Virus record (IMG/VR): IMGVR_UViG_3300024270_000002
DNA from: a virus
Taxonomy: Duplodnaviria; Caudoviricetes
Direction: 5' to 3' (one strand)
DNA: 64,000 nt
The translations under genes were made by a program, and so were the position numbers. This document shows positions 1-9,755 of the stretch, piece by piece. The notes under the pieces are model-generated. The model did no database searches and was not told the DNA's origin. It saw nothing but the letters and a program-made list of their open reading frames with translations. Each line of letters opens with the position of its first letter. Position 1 is the stretch's first letter.

Positions 1-107
1 AGGCAGAGATCTATGTAATCTGGTTTAACAATAGCCACAAGAACAAGAAGGAATTTGAAATCAAGCCTGCAGTGAGAGTTATTGAGCTCTCGGCACTCGA
101 AGACTAA
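1..107 (+). CDS. 3' end of hypothetical protein (partial)
   Basis: Open frame 3 ending TAA 105-107, followed by the AAGGAGG SD of the next gene. Confidence 0.6.
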   Translation, partial: AEIYVIWFNNSHKNKKEFEIKPAVRVIELSALED

Positions 108-120
108 GGAGGATAAAAAT

Positions 121-402
121 ATGCGTTGTGCAAACTGTGAAAAAACCGGAGGAGAATTCCTTAAGACTGCTTACGGGGACTTTCTCTGTGAAGACTGCTG
201 GGACGACTACATCTGTTCAGACGCCGGCAGACTTGAATACTTGATCGGCATCTGTTATGGTGAGCTTCCGCTGGAAGAGTTCGATGCAGACTTTCTTTAT
301 GAAGTAGCGAAGAGCTACAGACTCAATTACGAGAAGCTTGACCTTACTGCTGAGCAGCTTACTGAGATCGAACAGAAGGCTATGGCCCTTGGAATTCTTT
401 GA
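121..402 (+). CDS. hypothetical protein with CxxC...CxxC zinc motif
   Basis: SD AAGGAGG, ATG 121; CANC/CEDC. Confidence 0.8.
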   Translation: MRCANCEKTGGEFLKTAYGDFLCEDCWDDYICSDAGRLEYLIGICYGELPLEEFDADFLYEVAKSYRLNYEKLDLTAEQLTEIEQKAMALGIL

Positions 403-412
403 GGAGGAGCTT

Positions 413-805
413 ATGTCTACTAATAGCGGAATTGCTCTCAGAGCCGGTGAAACTTTTACTACTATCTATTGTCATTGGAATGGACATCCTAAGGATATGC
501 TTCCCATTCTGATGGAGCACTATAATTCCTTTGAGCTCGCAAACAAACTCATCAGTATGGGAGATGCTTCTATCATTGAAGCAAAGATTGATCCTGATCC
601 TGCGAAGCCCCACGACTTCGACAACTATCAAGAAGATGTATGTGTCTTCTATCATAGAGACAGAGGAGACGACTGGCTTAGTTGCCAACCTGCCTGCTAC
701 ACAAAATCAGAATTGTTTAAGGTTCCGGCTTTTGATTACGTCTATATCTTCGAAGATGGAACTTGGAATGCATATAATATGAACGGAGGAAAAATTAAGG
801 TATGA
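413..805 (+). CDS. conserved phage hypothetical protein (IYCHWxG motif)
   Basis: SD GAGGAGG, ATG 413. Confidence 0.8.
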   Translation: MSTNSGIALRAGETFTTIYCHWNGHPKDMLPILMEHYNSFELANKLISMGDASIIEAKIDPDPAKPHDFDNYQEDVCVFYHRDRGDDWLSCQPACYTKSELFKVPAFDYVYIFEDGTWNAYNMNGGKIKV

Positions 806-2109
806 GAACGCTTCAGCACTTTAACGAATTCGTAAAGGAGATTACCTCCAGCGGCTCTAAGAAGTTTAAGCAGTCGGTGCTGCAGAAATATAAGGATGAT
901 GAGGTAATTCAGAAGTACCTCAAGATCGCTTTTGACCCTTATACTGTCTATGGAATTAGCTATAAGAAGCTGTCTACTCAGATTAGGTCGGCGTCTAATT
1001 ATATCCCTAGAACAAAGTCTGTCTTCGAGTTGTTTGATTACCTTGCAGTACATAACACCGGCACTTTTGATGATATTCTGGAGTGCTGTAATGCTTTGGA
1101 GGCAGTTGCTACAGTAGACCAGGAGTCGTCATTTCTTCTTACTAAGCTTATCTGTAAAGATTTGAGTATCGGCGTCGAGGCAAAGACTATCAATAGCGTA
1201 ATTCCTTGTTTGATTCCTACTTTCGATGTACAGCTGGCGAATAAGTACTTCGATAAGCCGGAGTATGTAGAAGGAAAGGATTTCGCTATCACAACTAAGA
1301 TTGACGGCGGTCGTATTATTGCTCTTAAGGAAAACGGGCAAGTTTCGTTTTATACTCGTGCTGGTCAGAGATATGAAGGTCTTGTTGATCTTGAGCATGA
1401 GATGCTTGAGAAACTTCCTAACGGACTTTGTCTTGACGGCGAGATTACTATCTTTGATAACAAGGGCATCCCTTCTAAGGAAGCATATAAGAGAGCAATG
1501 AAGATTACGAGATCAGATGGTGAAAAGCATGGACTTAAGATGATCTGTTTTGACTGCATGCTCGCTGAGGAGTTTAGAGCACAAAGATGCGAAAGAACTT
1601 GGGAGGAGCGTAGACAGATGCTGAGTAATGTTATGGCTAGTGCATCTGGTGGTCTTATGTACTTCGAGCCTCTTCCTGTTCTCTATATGGGGCAGGATAC
1701 TTCTAAGATTACCGAACTTCTTGATGAAGCAATCGCTAACAAGGAAGAAGGCATTATGATCAATATTGCTCTCGCACCCTATGAGTTTAAGAGAACTAAC
1801 TTCCTCCTTAAGGTTAAGAAGATGTCCACTCTTGATCTCGAGATCGTTGGATACGAGGAAGGTAGTGGCAGACTTGCCGGTACTCTCGGTGCAATCCACG
1901 TAAGATACAAAGATGGCAATATCGTTAAGGTCGGTTCCGGTTTCTCTGATGAGCTCAGAGCACTCATCTGGCTCGAGCCTTCTGACTTCGTCGGAAAGGT
2001 AGCGGAAATTTCCTATTTTGAAGAAACCACAAATGCAAATGGTGGAATTTCGCTTCGCTTCCCGATCTTCAAAGATTTCAGACCCGATAAGCTTGAGGCT
2101 GATTTCTAA
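802..2109 (+). CDS. lig: ATP-dependent DNA ligase
   Basis: Motif I KIDGGR, LDGEI, FDC, EGIMI, LLKVK; C-terminal OB fold (VGSGFSD, SLRFPIF). Confidence 0.95.
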   Translation: MRTLQHFNEFVKEITSSGSKKFKQSVLQKYKDDEVIQKYLKIAFDPYTVYGISYKKLSTQIRSASNYIPRTKSVFELFDYLAVHNTGTFDDILECCNALEAVATVDQESSFLLTKLICKDLSIGVEAKTINSVIPCLIPTFDVQLANKYFDKPEYVEGKDFAITTKIDGGRIIALKENGQVSFYTRAGQRYEGLVDLEHEMLEKLPNGLCLDGEITIFDNKGIPSKEAYKRAMKITRSDGEKHGLKMICFDCMLAEEFRAQRCERTWEERRQMLSNVMASASGGLMYFEPLPVLYMGQDTSKITELLDEAIANKEEGIMINIALAPYEFKRTNFLLKVKKMSTLDLEIVGYEEGSGRLAGTLGAIHVRYKDGNIVKVGSGFSDELRALIWLEPSDFVGKVAEISYFEETTNANGGISLRFPIFKDFRPDKLEADF

Positions 2110-2177
2110 TAAATTATCAATTTAATAAATTATTAAATAACTGTACATTTATATATTTTACGAAAGAGGAACTTGCT

Positions 2178-3038
2178 ATGACTACTTATGAGACCCTTGG
2201 CTATGAAACTTCTGAAGCACTTCGCAATGCTATCAACTCCGATCTCGCTGCACTTGCTTACCCTTATGCTGTTAAGCATAGAACTTACGGAGAAGGTCAG
2301 CTTACCTTTGTTAAGGCACCTTTGACTGGTGGAAGCTTGTATGCTACTATCGATTTCGCTGCCGGCACGAAGACCATTTCTCTTGATATGGCATTTGCGA
2401 ACAATCTTCTCGAGATGCCTGAAATTCTTTTTGACACTCTTCTCGAACTCCAGACTACGTTTAAGTCAGACTTTATCGAACGTGAGCAGGCTCAGCGGCT
2501 TGCAGACCGCCAAGCACGTGAGCAGGCGCACGAAGCTGAGAAGAAAGCAGCTGAAGAAAAGAAAGTTGAGAAGAAGTATGAAGCTACAAAAGCAAAGGCG
2601 ATCAAAGACTTCGAAGACCTCTCTAAGACTGTGATGCCTACGAGCACTACCAACGAGTTCTATTACTCTCTCGGTTACATTGTAAAGCATGCAGGTACTG
2701 TGAGTGCTGCTCTGCCTGACTATCTCGAAGGTGCCTTTAAGAAGTACTTTGGTTCGGAAGCACCTTGTCGCGTGGTTGACTCTAAGAAGAAAGGACCTGC
2801 CGGTTACACTTCTCAGTGGACTTGGTCGTTTGGTATTTCGCTTAAGAAGCCTGAGCTTATTCCTGCCTTTCTTCAGGACAAGCTTAATCCTACCGGAAAG
2901 TCTATCACGGATACTTCTTTCGTCTGGGACCTCGTAGATAACTACGGTTTTCAGTTCGGTAAGAAGCAGGACGTAAAAAAGATCAGAAGCCACGTACCTG
3001 CTGACTGCCTTGCATCTTTCGAAGCTGGTCTCGCATAA
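2178..3038 (+). CDS. hypothetical protein with central coiled coil
   Basis: 286-aa ORF with SD; A/E/K-rich middle. Confidence 0.8.
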   Translation: MTTYETLGYETSEALRNAINSDLAALAYPYAVKHRTYGEGQLTFVKAPLTGGSLYATIDFAAGTKTISLDMAFANNLLEMPEILFDTLLELQTTFKSDFIEREQAQRLADRQAREQAHEAEKKAAEEKKVEKKYEATKAKAIKDFEDLSKTVMPTSTTNEFYYSLGYIVKHAGTVSAALPDYLEGAFKKYFGSEAPCRVVDSKKKGPAGYTSQWTWSFGISLKKPELIPAFLQDKLNPTGKSITDTSFVWDLVDNYGFQFGKKQDVKKIRSHVPADCLASFEAGLA

Positions 3039-3051
3039 TTAGAAAACTAAC

Positions 3052-3092
3052 GGGTAAATTTAATGCTAAATTATTTAGTATTAAATTTACCC
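3052..3092. repeat. 19-bp inverted repeat (likely terminator) overlapping the late-promoter motif
   Basis: GGGTAAATTTAATGCTAAA-tta-TTTAGTATTAAATTTACCC, one G-U pair. Confidence 0.8.
3064..3073 (+). promoter_or_regulatory. putative late promoter TGCTAAATTA
   Basis: Identical 10-mer upstream of 8 genes/operons in the window. Confidence 0.7.
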
Positions 3093-3125
3093 AAATTTTA
3101 ATAATAACGTAAGGAGATTATACTT

Positions 3126-3704
3126 ATGTCAGTAATAGAGAATTTTAATGTTTTATCAGAAACAGAGCTTGAGCAGTTTGCTGTAAAACTTTTGGAAAAG
3201 ATTAACTCTGAAAGTATCTTTATTTCAGATACAAAGTTTGAGTTATCTTTCGTGGAAACAAGTGACCTTACTGGTAACTTGTATATTGGTGTTGAATACG
3301 CTAAGTTTATTGATGTTCCGCGTGATGCATCTTGGCAAGTCGGAGATGAGGATGAAGCATATTCACCCGACCTTTCATACGTAGACTACTATGACACTAT
3401 CTCTGAGGACGCAAAGAAAGTATTTAAGACTCTTTCTACTGTTATCGATGGATACAAGGTTTCGGTAGAAATCGATGATGTATATGCAGAGGATGTCGTT
3501 GACATTGACGTTGATACAACTAGTCACGAAGATGGCGGTATTGGACATTATGAGTACTGGGGGGAATTTGGCTACGATTCACGTCCGTACGTAGAAGTCG
3601 AAGGTACTATAACTGCTGCGTGCAATATTATGTTTTCTTTTGTAGTTGAGCCTGAAACTACTGCACCTGAATCAGTAATTGACGACGAAACCGAAGAAAA
3701 CTAA
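3126..3704 (+). CDS. highly acidic hypothetical protein (late cassette)
   Basis: SD AAGGAG; D/E-rich; own promoter motif and terminator. Confidence 0.8.
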   Translation: MSVIENFNVLSETELEQFAVKLLEKINSESIFISDTKFELSFVETSDLTGNLYIGVEYAKFIDVPRDASWQVGDEDEAYSPDLSYVDYYDTISEDAKKVFKTLSTVIDGYKVSVEIDDVYAEDVVDIDVDTTSHEDGGIGHYEYWGEFGYDSRPYVEVEGTITAACNIMFSFVVEPETTAPESVIDDETEEN

Positions 3705-3714
3705 ATAATAATAG

Positions 3715-3753
3715 AAGAGCTTTGAAACATCAAAAATTTCATAGCTCTTTTTT
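3715..3753 (+). terminator. intrinsic terminator
   Basis: AAGAGCT...AGCTCTT plus T tract. Confidence 0.75.
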
Positions 3754-3809
3754 ATTTGCAGTTTGTTTACAAAATATAACAAATTTCGTAACACATTATT
3801 TTTTAAGTG

Positions 3810-3818
3810 TGATATAAT
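3810..3818 (+). promoter_or_regulatory. extended -10 promoter TGaTATAAT
   Basis: Consensus extended -10 upstream of 3880. Confidence 0.6.
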
Positions 3819-3879
3819 ATATAATGTAAGAACGAATGAGTCTTACGTAATATTTATTTTACGAAAGAAGAAAAGGACA

Positions 3880-4152
3880 ATGAAAGATACTATTAACCTT
3901 ACCAAAGTAAACGGCTGCTACACTAAGATGCTCATCGAAAACATTGAGACTATCTACAAGTACGCTAACGACGACTACACTACCAAAGACGAACTTGAGT
4001 CTTGGATCCTTGAGCTCATTAAGCCTGCGTTCTTTAATAAAGATGCAAAGCCCCGGTTCATCCACCATCTTCGTAACTGCAGAACTAAGAAAGCGATTCT
4101 TCAACTTTGTTTGAACGCAATCGCAAACGCAGTAGAATACGAAGTGGCCTAA
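3880..4152 (+). CDS. hypothetical protein
   Basis: SD AAAGGA, ATG 3880. Confidence 0.75.
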   Translation: MKDTINLTKVNGCYTKMLIENIETIYKYANDDYTTKDELESWILELIKPAFFNKDAKPRFIHHLRNCRTKKAILQLCLNAIANAVEYEVA

Positions 4153-4185
4153 GTGCCACTTCTCAAATTAAGGAGGACAGCTAAT

Positions 4186-4587
4186 ATGGACGTAAGAAAG
4201 GCAACTAATAAAATTCTCGAGATGATCGATGAGTGCGTTCTCGATCCTAAAGACGTTGTGATGATGTGTCTTAAGCGGATGTCTGAAGATGAAGTTGAAG
4301 AAATGCTTGATGCCAATGGAATTGAGTTTGACTATGAAGAAGAGGAGTATGAAAAACCCGAAGAGCTTGATCCTTGGCATGTTCTTGTACGTTATTCTAA
4401 TGAGGAAGCTTGGAGACTTTATGCCAGCTGCCCCACAGAAGAATATGCTCAACAAATGGAGGCTACTCTTGTGAAGTGCTCCAAAGTAGTTATCTATACT
4501 CAGATCTTCTATAGCCCAGAAACGCCAAACTACAAAAGTATTAGCGTTGAAGAAATTATAGAAATTGAAAGGAGAATGAGAAGATGA
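4186..4587 (+). CDS. hypothetical protein
   Basis: SD AAGGAGG, ATG 4186. Confidence 0.75.
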   Translation: MDVRKATNKILEMIDECVLDPKDVVMMCLKRMSEDEVEEMLDANGIEFDYEEEEYEKPEELDPWHVLVRYSNEEAWRLYASCPTEEYAQQMEATLVKCSKVVIYTQIFYSPETPNYKSISVEEIIEIERRMRR

Positions 4588-4799
4588 CTGAGAAGTTTGA
4601 TTACCTTTTGTTCGCCGGCAAAACTAAAGATGACCTCCAGCCTGCTTGTGCGTACAAGAACAAAGAAGATGCTATCGAAGCCGCGAAAAGACTTGAGGCA
4701 GAGAAGATTTCTGGTATGAAGTGCATTGAAGTAACCTTTATGCCTGAAGACGACGATGATATCAACGAAGTAGTTTGGTCTAACTGCGGACGTAAATAA
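4584..4799 (+). CDS. hypothetical protein
   Basis: ATGA overlap with upstream gene. Confidence 0.75.
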   Translation: MTEKFDYLLFAGKTKDDLQPACAYKNKEDAIEAAKRLEAEKISGMKCIEVTFMPEDDDDINEVVWSNCGRK

Positions 4800-4815
4800 T
4801 TTTACATATTCACAA

Positions 4816-4877
4816 TTCGTTTACATTTATATAATACCCACGTAATAATTGTGTTGTATAATATAAATGTAAACGAA
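4816..4877. repeat. perfect 17-bp inverted repeat straddling a -10 box
   Basis: TTCGTTTACATTTATAT (4816-4832) / ATATAAATGTAAACGAA (4861-4877); TATAAT at 4857-4862. Confidence 0.85.
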
Positions 4878-4896
4878 ACTTGGAGGATTACAAAAG

Positions 4897-5175
4897 ATGC
4901 TTAATTATAAGTATAAGGTAGGAAACTACGTAAAATTCAAATCTAAGTTCACTAATCCTTCCTGCGGACTCGTGGAGAAAGCAGGAACAGTTGCGAGAAT
5001 TACAGGCTTCGCTCCGCCCTATAACGACAAGCCTCATTATTATATTAACGGAGTCAAGGATGAAGTCTTCCCTGAAACTGTATTCGAGAGGCTCGCCACG
5101 ATGGCTGACCTTCGTGCAGAGGCAGGTGGAGACCCTGAGGTAGCTACTATACTTTATATGGCCTTGAATTCATAA
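4897..5175 (+). CDS. hypothetical protein (YKYxVGxxV SH3-like start)
   Basis: SD GGAGG; N-terminus paralogous to 5201. Confidence 0.75.
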   Translation: MLNYKYKVGNYVKFKSKFTNPSCGLVEKAGTVARITGFAPPYNDKPHYYINGVKDEVFPETVFERLATMADLRAEAGGDPEVATILYMALNS

Positions 5176-5200
5176 TTAACATCAGAGAGGAATTAAAGAG

Positions 5201-5668
5201 ATGAGAAACATCACATATAAGTATAACGTAGGCGATACTGTAGAACTTAAGCCTAAGCATTATCATTGGGCTGATGTTATGGGTACTAAGGTACTTATAA
5301 CTGCTGCAGAGATTGTTGAGAGAAGGGATTACAACGGTCCTGCCTATGCTCTTGGCGGTTGTGCAGGCTTCTATAAAGAGAACTGTTTTGTAGGTCTCGC
5401 TTCTGAGGCTTCCAAAAACTCGCTGTGCCGCGACGAAGTAGTAGGGGTTGATACTTTGCAGGGCCCTGAGACAAAATGCGATACAGGAGATTCTGGTGAG
5501 TCTGAGCTTGAGGTTCTTCCTCTTGAGGAAGCCAAGTGGTACAGAATTTCTTTCTCTGCTAAGCTTACCCCTGATGACCTGAGAGCAATGAAGAAATGTT
5601 TCTTCGATGCTATGAACACGAGTATGGAAATTTATGATCTTGAAAATCTTGTAATCGAGGAGGCTTAA
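5201..5668 (+). CDS. hypothetical protein (YKYxVGDxV SH3-like start)
   Basis: ORF with SD. Confidence 0.75.
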   Translation: MRNITYKYNVGDTVELKPKHYHWADVMGTKVLITAAEIVERRDYNGPAYALGGCAGFYKENCFVGLASEASKNSLCRDEVVGVDTLQGPETKCDTGDSGESELEVLPLEEAKWYRISFSAKLTPDDLRAMKKCFFDAMNTSMEIYDLENLVIEEA

Positions 5669-5669
5669 G

Positions 5670-6044
5670 ATGAAGACTAAAGGAAATTGGGTAATCAAAA
5701 CTTCTGGTGGGCTTTACTGGTGTGGTGCTAACCTCTTCGATGAGCAGATCAGAAAAGCGCAGATTTACCACTGGAAAGAAAAGGCAGAAGAACAGGCTAC
5801 TTGGATCTGGAAGAGAAATAAGATTTCAGAAGACGTAACTTGGGAAGTTATCGCAGTAGTCGAACCTAAGGAACTCAAGGATACTGAAGCTGAGTGGATC
5901 TTCCACGAAGATAACTTCTTTTATACTTGTTCTAACTGCGAGTATGCCGCCTTGAACGATTACTCTGGAACGAGTACGGATTCTAAGTTCTGCCCACATT
6001 GTGGAAAAAGAATGATTAACTCTACTATGCCGGAGGACGAATAA
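5670..6044 (+). CDS. hypothetical protein with C-terminal zinc ribbon
   Basis: CSNC...FCPHCGKRM. Confidence 0.8.
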   Translation: MKTKGNWVIKTSGGLYWCGANLFDEQIRKAQIYHWKEKAEEQATWIWKRNKISEDVTWEVIAVVEPKELKDTEAEWIFHEDNFFYTCSNCEYAALNDYSGTSTDSKFCPHCGKRMINSTMPEDE

Positions 6045-6268
6045 TGAAAGACAAAGATCTTCGTAAATTAGAGTTGGCTGCGGTTAATAAGTTTGCAGAT
6101 AAGATTCGTAATTATTTATTTGAGCGGATAGATGAGTGCGACAACATGACTGCTGAAGATCCAATTTGGGTGAACAGACTTAAGTGGTCAAGGGAAGCCA
6201 CTGTTATATTTATAAATGAATGTTTATCTGAATTAGCAGATGAGATGACTGAGGAGGACGACGAATGA
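6044..6268 (+). CDS. hypothetical protein
   Basis: TAATG coupling. Confidence 0.7.
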   Translation: MKDKDLRKLELAAVNKFADKIRNYLFERIDECDNMTAEDPIWVNRLKWSREATVIFINECLSELADEMTEEDDE

Positions 6269-6540
6269 TGACAGCAAAAGAAGCGAGAGCCGCAACTAAC
6301 GACAGACTCGTAGTTATGGCTAAAGAGTTTATTATCAACAATACCGGAATCCCAATTCAAGATGCAATCAACAACGGACACTTCAATACTACAGTAAGTT
6401 TCGAGGGAGTTCCTAATCCTGAGAAAGCCGGAGCTGAAGTAGTAAGACAGCTTGAGGAGCAGGGCTTCGAAGCAGAGCACGTTTACTATGACGGACCTAA
6501 CGGTTACGACAACTACATTCTGATTAAGTGGGAGGACTAA
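6265..6540 (+). CDS. hypothetical protein (paralog of 20526)
   Basis: MxxAxEAR...IxWED. Confidence 0.75.
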   Translation: MMTAKEARAATNDRLVVMAKEFIINNTGIPIQDAINNGHFNTTVSFEGVPNPEKAGAEVVRQLEEQGFEAEHVYYDGPNGYDNYILIKWED

Positions 6541-6542
6541 TA

Positions 6543-6722
6543 ATGAAAGTTAAAGTTTATAAAGTAAGTTTAAAGAAAGACCACAGCATCTGGTACCTCG
6601 TAGATGCTCCCAGCAAGAGAATAGCAAAATGGTGCGGAGCCGCGTTGTATAATAATGAGTACATGGGCTTTCGTACTAATAAAGATATGGAAGTAGAAAG
6701 ATTTACATACGAGGAGAACTAA
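6543..6722 (+). CDS. hypothetical protein
   Basis: SD GGAGG, ATG 6543. Confidence 0.7.
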   Translation: MKVKVYKVSLKKDHSIWYLVDAPSKRIAKWCGAALYNNEYMGFRTNKDMEVERFTYEEN

Positions 6723-6723
6723 T

Positions 6724-6951
6724 ATGAAAAAGAAAGTAACGATGACTTGTATCCTCAAGTCCGGGGTTGTAGTAAAGGATACAGTAAAGATAGATAAGAA
6801 GAATAACAGAGCATTCGCCGCAATCAATGAAATGCGCCGAGGTATCGAAAACAGTCTTGGTTACAAAGAGCCTAGATTGCAGAACATCACTTTCGGTAAG
6901 ATGACTGTCTCAGTTGCTGAGATTGCTGCAGTTACGTTTAAGGAGTATTGA
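6724..6951 (+). CDS. hypothetical protein
   Basis: SD GAGGAG. Confidence 0.7.
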   Translation: MKKKVTMTCILKSGVVVKDTVKIDKKNNRAFAAINEMRRGIENSLGYKEPRLQNITFGKMTVSVAEIAAVTFKEY

Positions 6952-6952
6952 T

Positions 6953-7276
6953 ATGGTAAGTTATTGGAAAACACAGTGGTTTAATCTGGCTATGGCTCTC
7001 GGAGCTATAATTATCGTGATAGTTAATATGGTTCAGGGCGACGAGCTTATGGTAGTAGCTTGGACAGTTTCTTTTGTCTATTGGATGATCCTGTCTTATG
7101 TAGATTACAACGCAGAAAAAATCAAGTTGCTCGAAAAGAAACAGGAGAGAGATGATCAGATGTATGAACTCGTGCAGGAACTCGTAGCAGCAAACAAGAT
7201 CGACCGCGAGATCATGAAGAAGTATGAAGAAAGACTTAAGAAGTTGGAGGGAAAGAAAGATGTATTATACAGATAA
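6953..7276 (+). CDS. membrane protein (2 TM plus coiled coil)
   Basis: Two hydrophobic stretches; SD AAGGAG. Confidence 0.75.
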   Translation: MVSYWKTQWFNLAMALGAIIIVIVNMVQGDELMVVAWTVSFVYWMILSYVDYNAEKIKLLEKKQERDDQMYELVQELVAANKIDREIMKKYEERLKKLEGKKDVLYR

Positions 7277-7412
7277 GTATGTATTTCCGAATAAGTGGAC
7301 GGAAGAAGATTTCGAAAAGCTTCAAGCTTTGTGCGAGGAGTGTAAGAAAGAAAGGGCCAAGAAAAAGACTGTAGAACCTTGTCCGCAGTTTGAACCTAAG
7401 AAAGGAAACTAA
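7260..7412 (+). CDS. hypothetical protein
   Basis: SD GGAGG, ATG 7260. Confidence 0.6.
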   Translation: MYYTDKYVFPNKWTEEDFEKLQALCEECKKERAKKKTVEPCPQFEPKKGN

Positions 7413-7414
7413 AG

Positions 7415-7681
7415 ATGAAACAGTTTCTTAAGAACTTGGGAACCGGCTTTCTGTTTTTCCTGCTCTCGTGCTGCAGCTCTTGTTTTGGCATAGCCGCGTA
7501 CTACGGGTTCGTCGCTATCTCAGAAACTTCAGGTTGGACAGCTATAGGTCTTTGCCTTGTAGCAGTAGTTATGACACTCACAATGGGATTCCTTATCTAC
7601 TGCATGGGACTCATTCCTAATGATACTGTAGAAAGACTCAAGTGTAAGATTACAGAGCTGGAGGAAAAAGAAAATGATTAA
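7415..7681 (+). CDS. membrane protein (2 TM)
   Basis: Hydrophobic segments. Confidence 0.75.
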   Translation: MKQFLKNLGTGFLFFLLSCCSSCFGIAAYYGFVAISETSGWTAIGLCLVAVVMTLTMGFLIYCMGLIPNDTVERLKCKITELEEKEND

Positions 7682-7928
7682 GTATGAATTCCCCTGTTAT
7701 CCCGGAGATGACGTATGGTACATAGAGCTCTACAATGGAAAGGCCCTCACCTTGGGAAAAGATAAGGTACAGATGGTTGGCTTCTCCACTCGAAGTGTGC
7801 AGATTAAGCTTCGAGGTCACCAGAGCTTTAACAAGACTCATACTTGGGGCAAGACTGTCTTCGCTACTGAGGAAGAGTGTCGAGCCGCTTATGAAAAGCT
7901 TAAAGCAGAAAAAGGAGAACTGCGATGA
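7674..7928 (+). CDS. hypothetical protein (PxxxGDxV...VFxTxE family)
   Basis: FPCYPGDDVWY...GKTVFATEEE. Confidence 0.75.
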   Translation: MIKYEFPCYPGDDVWYIELYNGKALTLGKDKVQMVGFSTRSVQIKLRGHQSFNKTHTWGKTVFATEEECRAAYEKLKAEKGELR

Positions 7929-8107
7929 TTAAACCCACTGCTCAGCTTCTTGAGGAAGCTAAAGAAGATCTACAAGAGATTATAGACTACGTAGCAGCAG
8001 AGACTGCTGATGTAAGTCTTTTGCTCTGGCTGCAAGATCTGGAACTTAAGTTCGGTACTATCTATCGCAGACTCTCTAATCCTATTACACAACAGAAAGG
8101 AAATTAA
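7925..8107 (+). CDS. hypothetical protein
   Basis: ATGA overlap. Confidence 0.65.
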   Translation: MIKPTAQLLEEAKEDLQEIIDYVAAETADVSLLLWLQDLELKFGTIYRRLSNPITQQKGN

Positions 8108-8108
8108 G

Positions 8109-8267
8109 ATGGAATTTATTGGAGCAGCAAGAAATGTTAGAGAACTTAAGGCACTTCTCATGAAGGTAGAGCCGACTGCTACTATTACTTTCAGTGGGAC
8201 TGATGAAAACTCTTCTAATGTAGAACTCTGGTATGATGAAGAAACAAATGATTTAACTTTGCTGTAA
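8109..8267 (+). CDS. small hypothetical protein (52 aa, not in ORF track)
   Basis: TAAGATG junction; MEFIGAARNV... Confidence 0.65.
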   Translation: MEFIGAARNVRELKALLMKVEPTATITFSGTDENSSNVELWYDEETNDLTLL

Positions 8268-8278
8268 GGAGACAAACT

Positions 8279-8575
8279 ATGAAATACTTTAAGGTAACTA
8301 ATGTTGATGACACTGAAGACGAGTTCTACGTTAGCTCGACTCTACCTAACGAAACTCCGTGCCATCTCGCTATGACTCTTAATCTCGGAGAGGGAGACGG
8401 AAGATACGATATTGTCGAGGTAGACAAAGAAGAGTTTGATCGTGAAACAGAAGAAGATGAGTCAGATTTATATGATCACTTTCGTGAAGTACAAGAAGCG
8501 ATTCCTTTCTTTTCTCGCTATGATGAGGAAGGCGACTGGTATGACTATGATGGTGATGACAGTGATTGTTACTAA
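8279..8575 (+). CDS. acidic hypothetical protein
   Basis: SD AAGGAG; D/E/Y-rich tail. Confidence 0.75.
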   Translation: MKYFKVTNVDDTEDEFYVSSTLPNETPCHLAMTLNLGEGDGRYDIVEVDKEEFDRETEEDESDLYDHFREVQEAIPFFSRYDEEGDWYDYDGDDSDCY

Positions 8576-8681
8576 TAAAAGTATTTAACATAGAACAATC
8601 TAGAATCTTCTCTATCATACATAGTTATTAGGCTTATAAAACATATTAGAAGTTTATTTAAATATGATACAGATAAACCTT

Positions 8682-8709
8682 GGCTGGCTACGGTCAGCCT
8701 TATTTTATT
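8682..8709 (+). terminator. intrinsic terminator
   Basis: GGCTGGC-tacg-GTCAGCC plus T-rich tail. Confidence 0.75.
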
Positions 8710-8755
8710 AGTAGATTTGTTTAGATAATTAAGTAATCTTTGTGCAGTATTACTG

Positions 8756-8784
8756 TTTACAAAATAAAATAAACTTTGTATAAT
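8756..8784 (+). promoter_or_regulatory. sigma-A-type early promoter
   Basis: TTTACA-N17-TATAAT. Confidence 0.8.
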
Positions 8785-8818
8785 GTATTCATAATATAAA
8801 TAAGGAGGACTACATATT

Positions 8819-9103
8819 ATGAATGTAAAGCTTCGTCAGGTTATTACATCACCAATGAGAACTATCCTTGCAGTTCGCGCGGCATTTGATTACTGTGAGA
8901 ATGTAGATGATATTAAAGAAGTTATTAAAAAGATTCCACCTAAGTTTGGTGCGTTCAAACTTCTGACAGTATATGAAGATGAGCATTACTTCATTATACA
9001 GAATCTTTTTGAAAAGAACGGTGAGATGCATTCTCAAGTAGTATCTCATGATTTCTATGATGTAAAGGAGGATTACTATTATGACTTCGGAAGAAAAGCT
9101 TAA
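8819..9103 (+). CDS. hypothetical protein
   Basis: SD AAGGAGG. Confidence 0.75.
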   Translation: MNVKLRQVITSPMRTILAVRAAFDYCENVDDIKEVIKKIPPKFGAFKLLTVYEDEHYFIIQNLFEKNGEMHSQVVSHDFYDVKEDYYYDFGRKA

Positions 9104-9410
9104 CATGTATCGAGAGAAGAAACAGTTTATTGAAAACCTAGGCTACGCATTTCAAGTAAGACCCGGCTGTGCTTCCGTAGAAGGTGTCGAATATGAAGTC
9201 TATCAAAAACTTTATATTGATGTTATGGACTTTCGTGAATGGATTATTGTACACTATACTGGTGGCGGTAGAGCTATGAAGATCGTAAGCGGTAATAGTA
9301 ATGCTGCTAACTTTGTAGTAATCGGTTCTATGCTGCATGGCGGCTGCTACGAACAAGTGCGTATATATGAAGAGCAGTCTGAGCATGGTTATGAAAAGGT
9401 GAAGCTATGA
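9081..9410 (+). CDS. hypothetical protein
   Basis: SD AAGGAGG. Confidence 0.75.
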   Translation: MTSEEKLNMYREKKQFIENLGYAFQVRPGCASVEGVEYEVYQKLYIDVMDFREWIIVHYTGGGRAMKIVSGNSNAANFVVIGSMLHGGCYEQVRIYEEQSEHGYEKVKL

Positions 9411-9727
9411 TACTAGAAGAAGATAGACTTATATTACATGATCTAAAAGGAGTCAACTTACGGGTTGGCTTCTTCTTAGGTACGCGGCAGGAACTGCTAA
9501 AGGATACTAAGTGCATACACTACTCTATCTGCTGGGATACTGTAGATGTTAGGGTGGATCAGATCACCCTCTCTGAAGAACTACTGGAGCTAGACTTCTT
9601 CCACGTTACGCAGCAACTAGTAATAGACGATCATGTGATTGCCGGAGAGGTAATTGATTTCAGATGTGAGAAGGTTAATGGGCTTCTTACAGCTTCTTGT
9701 ACAATACTACTAGGACGAGACTATTAA
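9407..9727 (+). CDS. hypothetical protein
   Basis: ATGA overlap. Confidence 0.7.
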   Translation: MILEEDRLILHDLKGVNLRVGFFLGTRQELLKDTKCIHYSICWDTVDVRVDQITLSEELLELDFFHVTQQLVIDDHVIAGEVIDFRCEKVNGLLTASCTILLGRDY

Positions 9728-9755
9728 ATTTCTGAAACTTTGTGTAATTTGTCAG

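Noticed and set aside
8576-8681. Possible ncRNA in a 105-nt 3' UTR
   Set aside because: No promoter and only a 7-bp AU-rich complementarity (TATCATA/TATGATA)
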